A stretch of 64,000 bases of DNA from Podarcis tiliguerta (lineage: Eukaryota). Each line of letters opens with the position of its first letter. Within the stretch, counting starts at the first letter, position 1. The notes under the pieces were generated by a model. It saw only the letters and a program-made list of their open reading frames with translations, searched no databases and was not told where the DNA came from. Made by a program: the position numbers and the translations under genes. Location: assembly GCA_965153285.1 (NCBI GenBank), contig OZ229117.1, one strand, 5' to 3'. Shown piece by piece: positions 26,053-38,400 of this stretch.

Positions 26053-26609
26053 GGTGACAAATATGGTGAAGGACTGGGAGACCAAGTCCTATGAAGAAAG
26101 GTTGAAAAAGTTGGGTATGTTTTGCATGGAGATGAGGTATAGGAGAGGTGATGCTAGGCATATTCAAGTAACCGAAGGATGATGGAGGAAAATTGTTCCA
26201 CAGGGTCCCAACCAACGAGAGAAAAAGACAAGCAATGAGATTTTGGAAAAACATCAGGAATGGTCTGATTTGTTTGAGGTTCTTAAGTAGGTACCAGATG
26301 GCCACCTAGCAGGGATGCCTCTAGTGTTGGGGTTTGATCTAAATGACACAGTACCTTTTGACTGTCTGATTCTGAGTCAGCTCATGATCCATCTCACCCA
26401 GTATTGTCTGTAACAACAAGCAGCAGTTCTGCAACATTTAGGCGAGGGATCTTTCAGAGCCCTACCTGGAGACTGAACCTAAAACTTTTGCACAGAAAGC
26501 ATGTGCTCTACGAGTTTATGGCCAGGATGAATGATGGTTATATAGAACCTCCAGCTTCAGAGGCAGCATGCCACAGTACTGGATACCGAGGACCAGCGGA
26601 GATTTGAAC

Positions 26610-26900
26610 ATAGCCATCTTCAAGTATCTGAAGGGCTGTCACATGGAAGATGGAGCATGCTTGTTTTCTCCTGCTCCAGAGGGTAGAACCCAAACCAATG
26701 GATTCAAACTGCAAGAAAGGCGATTCTGACTAAACACCAGGAAGAATGTTCTGATGGTAAAAGCCATTTGGCAGTGGAATGGACTCCCTTGGAAGTTGGT
26801 GGACTCTCCTTCGCTGGAGATTTTAAAGCAGAGGTTGGCTGACCACCTGCTGTGATTTCTTCATGTGCGATTCCAGGATTCCATGGGGTTGGAAAATACG
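26610..26900 (+). mobile_element. CR1 LINE ORF2 3' fragment
   Basis: Degenerate CR1-type end (ATAGCCATCTTCAAGTATCTGAAGGGCTGTCACATGGAAG...GTGGACTCTCCTTCGCTGGAGATTTTAAAGCAGAGGTTGG). An older fragment lies at ~26060-26370. Confidence 0.8.
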
Positions 26901-27360
26901 CTGGGGTGGAGTGAAGGATCCTGGGCTAAACTGGCTTTTTGGGCAGGTTCCTGCCTTATCTTCCCCAGGTAAAGGACAATACACAGATGAGGACACATTA
27001 ATAAAAGGAGTTGGAAGAATCTCAAGTAAGCTAGCTCGGTGTAAGGTATAGCTCCCCACAATATTATTCTAGGCCCTAGAACAATGTGAGAGAGGAGCAA
27101 TTTATAATCTAGGGCAAAGGAAGAGAAAGGCCTTTTACCTGATGACTCCTCTGGCCCATCAGTCAGTTTTTCCATAGACTCCTTTCATAGATAGTTGAAA
27201 ATACTTAAGACAGCTGCTTAGAGATTAGCAGAGACTCTATGTGCTGTATAGTTCCACATGTTTATTTCTATTACTTTAGCTAGGTTTCTTTTTCATTTTG
27301 TATGGGTTTTTTTAATGTTCTTGTGAAGCAGTGAGAAATATGTATTGTTTGTATTTTAAG

Positions 27361-28026
27361 ACTCTTGCGAACCATCTCTCGAGAGCGTTCTGTTGAAAAG
27401 CAGTTTATAAATAGCATGAATAAAGGCAGAAAAAGCATAACTGGTCAGTTTAAGACACCTGATTTTATATACAAATCCCGTATCTTTGTTGTTACTTGTA
27501 ACTGCAAGATTACATATTATTCGTATGATGGTTGCTGGAACAGAAATGTCACCTTTTCCTCTCATGCCTACTACTTTGGCAAATTTGGGAAAAATAGTTT
27601 TTTATTTCTTCCAGTTAAAGGATGCCCCCTTCTGGAGAAAAACAAGTGGCCCAGTAAGCTCAGAAATGCAAGAGGAAGAGAACATACCTTGTTTGTGATT
27701 AATCTTCAGGATGATTACTTGTATGAACTACAGCTCTTCTGTCAAACTAAACTGGCACAGTTTGACAAAGCTGTACTATGCGCAATGGAAACTGTAAAAT
27801 ACAATGCCAGTGATTCTTTAAAATGGAGATTGGCTGAGCTGTAAGTTCTGTTGGAAGGGAATTTCATGAGAAGTGGGGGGGGGGTGGACAGAGATTCTTC
27901 TATTGTTATCATATGTAAAATGTAATCACCAGTCCCTTTGGGATTTGCCATTTATTAAAATGGCGGGGCAGTGTGGCACCCTTATTCTTAATCTCTTCTA
28001 GGCATCAGCAACAGCGATTGTGCTAG
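27361..28026 (+). CDS. Candidate uncharacterised protein-coding gene: 3' exons 27361-27840 and 28002-28026
   Basis: A 480-nt stop-free frame in AT-rich DNA is bounded exactly by acceptor GTATTTTAAG| (27360) and donor CT|GTAAGT (27841), phase 2-2. The next acceptor CTCTTCTAG| (28001) continues in frame to LHQQQRLC*. AATAAA at 28464-28469. In-frame ATG at 27416; no upstream exons identified. Confidence 0.5.
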
Positions 28027-28593
28027 TCGCCTCCATATGTATCAGAAACCAGCAAGCCATATGTCAGACTGAATGCATCTGATGTGTGTGTGTACAACAG
28101 TAGCAACAATGCAGAACATTAGTGGTGGTAGCTCCCCTGCTCCCCATGGCAACAGATGCGTCTTTTGGGAAGCACTTCCTGCTTCACTTCCAGGTATGTG
28201 CAAGGGGACATGTAGCAGTCCTTTCAAGTGATTAAGGGTATGTAGCCAACAATCCAGTTTAAAAGCAGCCAGGTGTCAACCTTAATGCCATGCCTGGTGC
28301 CCAACTGTATGCACAGAGAGCTCAACAAGACCAGTCTTCCCCAATAAGCCAGTGCAACATCCAGGGGTTATATTCAGGTTGGAAAGTACTTTATAGGACA
28401 TTAAAACATCACGATGTATGAAATGCAGTAGGGCTGGGAATTAAGTATGAAACAGAGAAAACTAATAAAGTGTTGACACTTGCAAGGGTCCTGTGAAAAT
28501 TTACATTTTGAATGGTAGTTAACACCAATAGTAGTGCATCAGGAATCAGCAGCCCTCAATTTGTTGAGTAGAGGTTTGGAGCAGTTTTTGTAA

Positions 28594-29158
28594 TTTATTT
28601 TTTTATTATCTTGTGGTTTTTAAGCACTGAATGCATCCTTGAATATTGCAAAAGCAGCCCTAAAGTATTTGTTTGTAACAAACACTGCCTTAAGAAAGAA
28701 AAAGAAAAAAAACACACTGTTCCAACTGTTACCATTGGCCAAATATGTGATTTGTGTTTAAAGAAGGCAAAATAGCAAGTGGAATTAGAGTATATTATTT
28801 CCTGCAATGCTTGAGAGAGCAGTAATGCATGCATATATATATATATTGTAATATAAAGCAAGTTGTGGCAATGTTTAGTTTTGAGAGTCTATGGCTAAAT
28901 GTCTGTGAGGCAAGTTATTCCATAGTTTTTCTGAATCTTACAATGCCACATCAGACACTGTGGAAACTAATTTATCTGGATCTCCTGGAAAAGCATAATG
29001 AGTGGCCCAAAGGCTAGCGAAGTATTCATAACGAGTGTTCAAGTCTGGCTAGGAGCTTACATATACAGAGGAACAAGTTTATCACCAGACAAATTATCTA
29101 AGTGGAGCTTAAGTCACAAAGAAATCAAATGACAAACTGTGGAAATAAGTCCTTTATT
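28594..29158 (-). terminator. Poly(A) signals of the NCOA5-like gene
   Basis: Minus-strand AATAAA at 29158-29153, followed by U/GU-rich sequence. A tandem pair lies at 28607-28602 and 28599-28594. All are downstream of the stop at 29411. Confidence 0.55.
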
Positions 29159-29410
29159 CTGGGATGATATTGGTTTTTTTAAAAAATGTTAGTACTGGGA
29201 ATCTACAATACTGATAGTTCCACAAACACCTATTTCACTCTGCCACTTAAGTAAAAAAAAAAGAAAGTACCCAGGAAAGTGTACAACAGAAAACAATACA
29301 CATTTAAGCTTGTCTGGTGTACTAACACACATTTGTCAGGTGCTGCCGTCTTGTAAGAGGGATGATGCAAGCAGGGACTGCCGTGTACTCCATTTAATCC
29401 AGGTGTCCAG

Positions 29411-32400
29411 TCAAGCTAGGAACTTTGGCTTGGGTACCCAATGATGCTGTGCCTTAGCAACTGTGAAATGAAGAAGAGTTAAGTGGTGAAACACTCTTAG
29501 CCTTTAATTTTTATAGAACATGTTTAATGTTCAAAGTGGCCTTCTACATGCGAGAAAACAGCCTCTTGTCTGGACTAAAATACAATGCAAAAAAACAAAA
29601 AACCCAACCATTCCTTTACTTCAGAACTTATCAGTGCAAACTGGAAAACTGAAACCAGAATAGGGCAGCTGTCACTTTCTGCATGCACTCGTTTTTCCTA
29701 CAAGCCTCTCTTCAACTCTCCCAGAATCCTAAGGGTGCTGAAAATTCACTGTATTTTCTCATTTTAATCAGTCTACTTCTCTCATTTATATTAGCTTGGA
29801 CTCAGAGATAGAAAAACCAGGACCAATGAACAGTTATGGTTCAGTCACACTTGAGAACAGCCTGGATTGTGAAGGCTTGGGATCTCACAAAAGTTGCCAA
29901 TGTGGACTTAAATTTGCACAATTTACTCCAAAAGTCATTTTGGGGCACTTCACAGAATTTTGAATGGATCTCTTGGAAAATGAGGTAGCATTGGGGAGGG
30001 AGGTGCGGATATGCTCCAAGAGCAGCAATTTGACCTTTTGAACTTTAACAGACACTGCCGTGATATTTCTTGGCAGTCATGAAGGCTGCAGGCATGGACT
30101 GCATACAGTCCTGGCCCACATCCACAGGACTGTACAGTTTGGTGTTCTCATATGCTACTTGATATGAAACATGAACTGCTGTTAGTGCAGTATAAAGAAT
30201 ATATGCATGCAAAAAGAACTGGCTCCTAGCTTAGCTCATAAATGAAGTCTGCTTCAGTTGACAATTACTAAGAGTTCAGAGCTTTGCAAAGCTTTTGGAC
30301 TCAGGAGACTATCTAGAGAAGCAAGAGCCATAACAAGACTGAATAATATTCATCAAGCCAGGGAACTGTATAACTGGATAAAAAGAATACCATAGTGGCC
30401 ACAGCAATCCTGGTCTTTGAGGCTCCTTATTTTATTAATCTTAGACAAAAGTCATGAACCCTGAAAGAAGTGCCAAAGTGTGAGAAGGATTGCAAACTAT
30501 TTGTTTAGCACCTCCCTCCACTGAGCTTCAGAATAAAATTTTCTTCCAGCTTCCAAGTGAGCACAATTCTCTATCCTGTAAATTCAAGGATTTACAGCCC
30601 TAGCTCAAGATTCCAATCATTATGAAGAAGTAGGCATGAATGGAAAAAAGAGAGATCTACTTTCTCAAGCACTACCTCTCCCCAGTCCCCGGACCATGCA
30701 ATCATCATCCGAGGCCCTTCTTCGTGTGCCCCTATCATGGGAGGTCCAGAGGGTGGCAATATGAGAATGGGCCTTTTCAGTGGTGGCTCCCCAACTGTGG
30801 AATACCATCCCCAAGCACCACTGTTACATAGCTTAAGTGCCAGACAAAAACATTCATCATTCGTCAAGCCTTTGGCTTTTAATTATCTATGGTCCTTTTA
30901 TATGGATGGAATGTATTAATCTAGTTTTTAAAAACTGACTTGTCTTTTAGATTGTTTTTTGATGCTAGTTTTAATGTGTGTTTGCACTTATATGTTTAAA
31001 AGAACTGCAAGTGGTTTTTAGTTGTCTTGGCAAAAAAAGTGATCAATAAATTTAATTAATAATACCACTGTGAAAGTAGTACAGAAGTTTGACTTTAAGG
31101 TTTTAAACGCACACAAAAACAGTGGAACACCCTCCTTAGTCCCCAACGTGAGCCTCTCCAGATATTGCTGGTCTCTGAATTCCCTTCAACCCCAATCAGT
31201 GGACAGAGATTATGGTAATTGTAGTCCAAAACATCTGGAAAGCACCAAAAGACTGTCCTAGAGCATCATGTTTGCAGTTGCTGAATTTTGCCCACTTAAA
31301 TTTTGCACGCATCTTCTGCAAAGAAGGTCACCATTAACCCAGCCAGTCTCATCAACATCTAGAAATGAGAAATCTACATTTGAAATCTTACTGAAGTTGT
31401 TCCAAATCTATTGGGCAAGGATGGGGAAGCTTTTTTGCTCAGATAAAGGGCCAGATCTTTATCAGAATTGCCCTCTCAGTCCAAATATGACAAGTGGGTG
31501 TGGCTGCCTACCAATCAACACCCCTATGGTGTTCACAAACATGCACTACTGCTGTGTGAAGAGCAAGAAAAAAATATTTCCAGCCCTTCACATAGCAGCA
31601 TCGGGCACTGTGTATAACATGTGTATAACATTATGCACCTCGTATAATGGATGGAACACTTTTAATGACTTGTTCACACATAATGCCAAGTTTGACTTGC
31701 GATCCTAGCTCTTGGAAAGGAAGTGCCAACCGTGATTTACCAGTTTTTATGCAACAACATAATACAGTTTGCTCCAAGCAGAAAATAGCAAATTCAATCA
31801 AAGAGCCGGGGTGGATGAAGAGAATGGATGCTCAAGGGTAAGGCTCCTTCCTGCAGTACCAAATGTGGGTCACCCAGGAGGTATTTGAACCCTTGGTGAA
31901 GTTCACCAGGCTGCCCACTACTCCATACCCCATTTCATGAATTGGGGAAATATTTATCGGAAGTGCAAAATGACCACCTTTCATTCCTGTGCATTCAGCA
32001 CCAAGCTTACTCAGCTCTCACCTGGTGTTGGCAGCAAGCCCGGTCTGCCACTAAGCAGTGGCCGCTTTGCAGGCAGATGTGGAGATGGAGGTAGGTGGAC
32101 TGGTCTTTTAGCAGACTTTATCAGAAGTGGCGGAGGGTTGCCCTTTGGGCCAGCCAGCCCTGTTTGGAAAGAGGGAAGAAGAAAGCGTGGAATGGGGGGA
32201 AATGGCCAACATTTCTTTATTAATTGGTCACTCAAAGTAGAAATTATTATTTAATTTCACTATGGTTGCTATCCTGCCTTTCCACAAATATGCACCCCAT
32301 GCTGCTAACATATATCAATGATTAGTATGTAATAATATACCAAGAAGTTGCACAACTAGCAGCTAAGAAGCAGGGTAAGATAGAAACAGCAGCCAAGTAT

Positions 32401-35400
32401 AAAGCACCTACTATCGCCTACCAGCAGAATATAATTAACTCAACAAGCAGTAGGCCTGTCTTAATAAATGTTTTCACTTAATGGTCAGCGGTCAGAAAAG
32501 GCACCAACCGAGGTTCTCTAGGAAAGAAGTTCCACAGTGTAGGTGCAACCACTGAAAAGGCCCTCTCTCGTGTGCCTGCCCAACTTGCCTCTGGTGCTAG
32601 CAGATGCAGAGAACAGCCTCTGCTGATTAACTACAATATCTGGACATGCTCATATTGAAGGAGGTAGTTTTTCATATACCGTATTTTTCGCTCTATAACA
32701 CGCACCCGACCATAACACGCACGTAGTTTTTAGAGGAGGAAAATCCGTAGGCATGCCACCCGTAGGCATTCCCTCCATAACACGCAGACATTTCCCCTTA
32801 CTTTTTAGGAGGAAAAAAGTGAGTGTTATGGTGCAAAAAATACGGTAGTTATTTTCCAGTAGGCCTTATCCAAAGGATTTTTTGTTTTTAAAGAAATTGA
32901 TTCAAAGAGTGATATTACACTGCATAGGTAGCATGTATGTATGTACAATGCATATTTTAACATTTCTGGTGGACCAATTAAGTTTCACTGTTAGTTACCC
33001 TGGGTTTCTCATCTCACCTTCGGTCTTATGCCAGAGTTAACCATCAACCACACCCACCCTTCTATTTCCACTTTCCTCTCCCTGCTTCACTGTAAATTTT
33101 AATAAAACATCAATACAGTTAACAGGGTTACCAACCTGGTGTGGGAAGAAGACCCGTCAACGGTCTTTCACCCAACAAAGCTGGCTTAGCTGAAGATACA
33201 GATGACTGGCCTAACACAGAATTCCGGCCAGGAGTTGGAAGAAGGGGCGGGGGTTTGCTTAGAGTCTGGGGGAGAGCACTAGTGCTTGGCCGGACACTTG
33301 CTGGATACACCGTGTCTTCAGCTGCAACAGCTAAAGGGTCTGTTTCTGCAACAAAGCCTGGTTTAGGAGAACCAAGAGTTAGCAAGCAACACACAATGAT
33401 TAGTGAACACCCGATTTATTAAAAGCAAAGACTGCAGTTTGCCTCTGATTTATGGGAATAACACGCTCTTTAACTACCTACTTTTTCCCCTCAGGGAAAT
33501 ACCTCAGATCTTTTAAAGACGCCTCAAGTTAGATTTACAGACGTAAGTTTAATTTATTTTAAGGACTGAGCTTCTGAACTCTTCAGTTTGCAGAACATAA
33601 TAAAGGGGTCGGGGTCTGCCATTGTTTTCGCGAATATTAAGGTTTCATATTTTAATTTAATAACTTGTTATAAGTGTAATGTCTTTTTGCCACGTGAAAT
33701 GTGATGGTTACCAGAGGGTGGCAACGAACAATGGAAGTGCTTGCTCTTTAAGACTGTTTTTCCACACTGGCCTGGGGCTCTTCCATGGAATACTTCTTGT
33801 CACCCCATAATGTGGTTGCTGCTCCTTAAGTAGCTTAATTCCTGCCTTCCATCATTAAGAACTTAGCAAGCAACAGTAAAAGCCCTGCCACACGATAAAA
33901 ACACGCAGTTTCCCCCCGCTAGTGTATGAACGGGACTTTTAAAAACTGTCTTCTTGCACAGCAGTAACAACATGCTTTGAAGGCCTAGCTGGAAACAAGG
34001 GTCACTGTGTAAAGAAGAGCTGTGTGCATGCGTGTCGTGTGATGTACATGTGAGAGTCTGGATTCATTTTAACCACCAACACACACCCAGGCAAGACCTG
34101 CTGGAAATATTACCCACCAATACCACATTATAAATCTATGTCTACAAAGCCAAAAAAAGAGCAAGGTAGTTTTAAGAAGTGTTCACATTCCAGTAAGAAG
34201 TAAGATTTTATGGCTTGGGGATGGGGTAGGATTAACCTTCACATTCCATATTTTGATTATTACTTTTAATATAAGTTTTAACCAAGAGCCCGTTTTAAAA
34301 TAGTGGGATTTATAGGGACATTCTTGGGGAACAGGTGGGAAAGTAATGAATACCTTCAAGCTTATTTCTCCTGGTCTTCAGGAAGTCACTTATTGAGTTC
34401 AATTCTTCCATATACAAATGTTTTCCCTCACTTAACAGAAAGAGGAGATGTCTAATGCCTAGAGGCACATGGTAACTGTCATAGAGATCCCGCTCTAGGT
34501 AGTCATTCGCCAGATCAGCTGCTTTGTGTGAAATCTCTGTGCGTTCCTGTTGTTCGCGCTCAGCACAAATTTTCTCAAACGCCTTAGCTATCAGAGCCAA
34601 TGCATCCTCCATGGGCATATTACGGTGTACTATGGAGAAGAGAGATACCTTGCTTTTTAAAAGGTTACATCAAGACAAAACCAAACACAAAACTGCTGTG
34701 TTCCTGAACCATTATTCTGAAGTTCAAAGTCAACGTCTGTTTCAATACGAGCAAATTTATATTTTTAACTGAATGTTATATGTTCATGATTCAACACAAA
34801 CATGCTCAGTTCTATTAAGTGTAATGTGCACATTTAACTATTGAGATCTCATTTGTGTGTTCATTTAAAGTAAGTTAATTTCATGCTTGGAACAATTTTA
34901 CAAAAACATTTCTAACTAGAGGAACAGTTCTAAGAAATTAGTGTTGAAGGTGGGTTTGTTTGCTTTTTAAGATCCAGAGAAAATACCCAATCCAATGGTT
35001 TACTTTATTGTTTCAGACAGAAGGCGAAATCTAAGAAGTGTACAAAAACACCCTCCAGTAAGATGAAATAAATTTTGCTCAGTGTAGAAAGGGTTTACAA
35101 CTGTATGAATATTTAATAAATGTAAAAAGTGTTCCTCAGCACATCCAGCAGTTTTGTGAAGCAGTATTAATTTTCAGTTAGAAGTATTATTCCAACTTGT
35201 GACATGTTTTAATATTGTGTATGTGTTGAGGAGGAGATCTAGATAGCATATTATGAATGGGGACCGTTTCTGAATGAATCTAAACTTACTTTTGATAGAC
35301 TGATGAAGCATGATTACGGTGCAAGAGGAAAGTGTTACGTTAGATGGTTCAACAAGAACACAGAATGGGGAACCATCATTTTTAACTTCTTGTAGGGCAC

Positions 35401-38400
35401 GTGTAAGACCTGATTCAGATGTAAGGTATATCATTTCCACAATAAGGCCATGATCCTGCAACCGATGGCCTATGGCTGTTGAATATTCCCTTGAAGGAAA
35501 AAAAGAAGAAGCAGGTTATTTTACAAATAATTCCTCCCCAAATATTAGTGCCAGTGTTCTAGTCGCTGCCATTATGTGTGCACGGAGAAGACTCAAGAGT
35601 ACCAGACTTGTTATGTCAACAGTATTCCTTTGGGATTCAGGCAACCCACTGGAACTGGGAAGAGTGAGCAGATCTGGTTTGGATGGTGGACTTAAACAAT
35701 AACTGAGCAGTTGTTTATGCAAAAGGAAGCTCTATTGTGAACAAGGCCTATCCCAACTGCAGGGTTTATACAGAGCTTAGGGTTGGAAGCTATAATTGAA
35801 TGTTAAGAGTGTATGACAACATATTATGATTTTCAATTATACTTTTTAACTATATGCTCTATACTGACATGCACTTGTTGGTGAGGCAATACTCTTCTTA
35901 TTTTCATTTAGTTTTCCCTTTTGGGAAACACAGATTTCTTTATCATACCAAACTGAATAGCAAAGCCTTTGGCTGCCTGAGGAATCCATTCAAGCAAGGC
36001 TGCATAGAGTCCTGAACTGGGATACATGGGTTCAATTTTCCAGTTACTGTCAAGCTGCAAAACCGCTTGGCGTCAAGGAACATTTGGACAAAATACACTT
36101 AAGTGTGGACTCATGAACACCTGTAAAATAGGAATTTGTGGGGTTTGGAAACAGGTGTGTATGGAAATTTGTTTATCACTGTGTGATTAATTGCACCATA
36201 ATTGGTAATGCGTATGTGAAGACATGTCAACTTTATATTCTGTTATTTTAAATGTATTTTTGAATCCAAATTGGTAGGACAGCAAGAATTAAATATCAAA
36301 GTAATTAGGAAAATTACCACCTGGTTATGGCAGTACATGTATTCTTTGACTTTTACTAGCACTTTATAAACAAAAAAACCTTTCGTATTATGAAATCATG
36401 GCAATGCAACTAGGTTCTCAATCTGGGTCATTCCGAGCTAAATATGGACAGGAAATCAATTTCAAAGGCTTTAATTTTACAACCAAGATAAAAAGATAAA
36501 ATCATGTGGGCAAAACACTCAAGTTTATCCAGTTAGATGGCACTGAGTGCCAGCCAGGATGATATAATGTGATTAACTATGGGTACCCCAGCCTTTGTAA
36601 TATATGTTGGTTCACATACCTGGAGCTTCAGTAATATAAAATATAGGTACTATGCACAGAACACGCACTGTGATGTTAAAAGTCTGTGTCCATGAAGTGT
36701 AAAATGAATTGCCAATGTTGAAATTAATAGAAAGTACAATATTAGAGAGCTTTAAAGACATGCATTAACCTCAGCTACCTGAGAAAGTATGAACAGTTGC
36801 TAACTAACATTTTATTACATTTGGGCAAACGTTTTAGTAAGTGTTACTTTGCAATGACTCTTCTGGGTTTAAAAAGGGAGGCGGTCATTCAACCAGAAAG
36901 GAAGGTGCTCGTGTTCTGAAGATTGTAGGAAGAGGTCTAACCAGAGATCCAAATGATTGATATATCCAATATATCCCGCTCTATGGACTCCCAAGATCTG
37001 CTAGTGATATTAGCGGCCCAATGGATGAAAGGCAGAAATGTATTCAACATTTCCATGTGCTACTGGATGGGAAATTAGAAGAGGTCATGGAAATCGCTTA
37101 CTAAAGCAAAGCAAAAAATCTAATACAACCACCCTATATTTTTCTTATTAGTATAATATCCAAGGGAAAGTTAAGAATATTTAAGGCATGCTTAAACATC
37201 ATCACACAGATTCAATATACTTTCAGTGAATAAGGTGTTCAAATTATGCTGGTAACTTTTTCAGTGAAAGCCTACAGCTAACTGTGGCACTTTAAAAGAG
37301 ATGGCCATTACTGTTTTGACTCAAAATATGCTTGACCATTATGTGGAGAATCAGAAAATAGTTTTCAGTGGGGTGGTTTCGGAGCAAATTAAGAAGCTCT
37401 AGTTAATATTATAACAGACTGAAGAGTCAGGTTGGAATGACAAAGTGAGAAAGACTTGGTTGAAATATCATGGAAATTTCATAGCTTAGAAGCAGAAGCA
37501 TCATATTTGTCTCGAACTGATAGACACCCTTTGTATTAGAAAATATTCCGGGCAGGGGCCACACCAAAATGTTAAAAACAATGAAAGGTTTTAACAAGTA
37601 GTTGAGTACAAGACTATAAATATGTATTTTGTTTTAAGAAGAATATAAAAGAAGTTAAAGCTATTTTAAGAAGCAACCTAGAATGTTAAATATCAGGTGC
37701 TTATATGCTTATTGAAGTTCCTAGCATTCCAAGTCGGCTTACATAAACACTCAGTACTCAGTAACAGTACAATCTAATTGATTAAACAATCTTACAGGCT
37801 GCCAGACTACCAACTTTATGAAAACCCACAGTCCTGTAAACCTAGAGTATGCTTCGTGAACAAGATTCATTCAGCTTAGTTTGTCATTCAAACGTTAATC
37901 TTAAAAAGTGTTGAAATATTGAGAAAGTGTGTTGCTGTTTTTTAAAGTCTAATTACCAGCACTACATTATGGGAACATCAAATTTCTGTTTGGGCGATCA
38001 AGGAAAAAGTGGGTTTATAAATGGAAACTTTAAGATTGCAGAATAATCTCTTAATGTAAGCACTCATAGTATTTAATATACAAAAAAAGAGAAACTTCTC
38101 TTGGTTCATATTGTACTTTTAAGATTCAGAGAGGAGTATGGGGTGGGATATACGTGGAGAATTGGATTCAAAAGTAATTATTAATGTCATAAAATTTATA
38201 GACCGCTTGGCTGTAAAAAAGCAAAAAAAGCCTCAAAGCAGTTTACAAAAAGATACAAGAAAATCAAAGGGGGGGGGGATACATATATGCAACCTGCTAG
38301 TTGATGGATAAAGACTGTATTTACCGTGATACAAATTAACAACACTGCAACACTGTTTAAAGCGGCCTTCCTGCTAAGTATAAACTGGTAATCAAAAGTA

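Noticed and set aside
1-27000. ZNF423 coding exons expected from synteny
   Set aside because: I saw no C2H2 finger arrays or known ZNF423 N-terminal peptides; the gene presumably lies left of the window.
26969-27025. Small + strand exon candidate (KGQYTDEDTLIKGVGRIS)
   Set aside because: Its only open frame ends in phase 1, incompatible with the phase-2 start of the 27361 exon. It could at most be a UTR exon.
31268-31708. 146-aa + ORF within a NCOA5-like intron
   Set aside because: Antisense and intronic, overlaps repeat-like sequence, and has no protein-like features.
36300-38400. Possible ancient L1/Tx1 fragment in a NCOA5-like intron
   Set aside because: Composition is suggestive, but no reverse transcriptase or endonuclease motif could be read with confidence.
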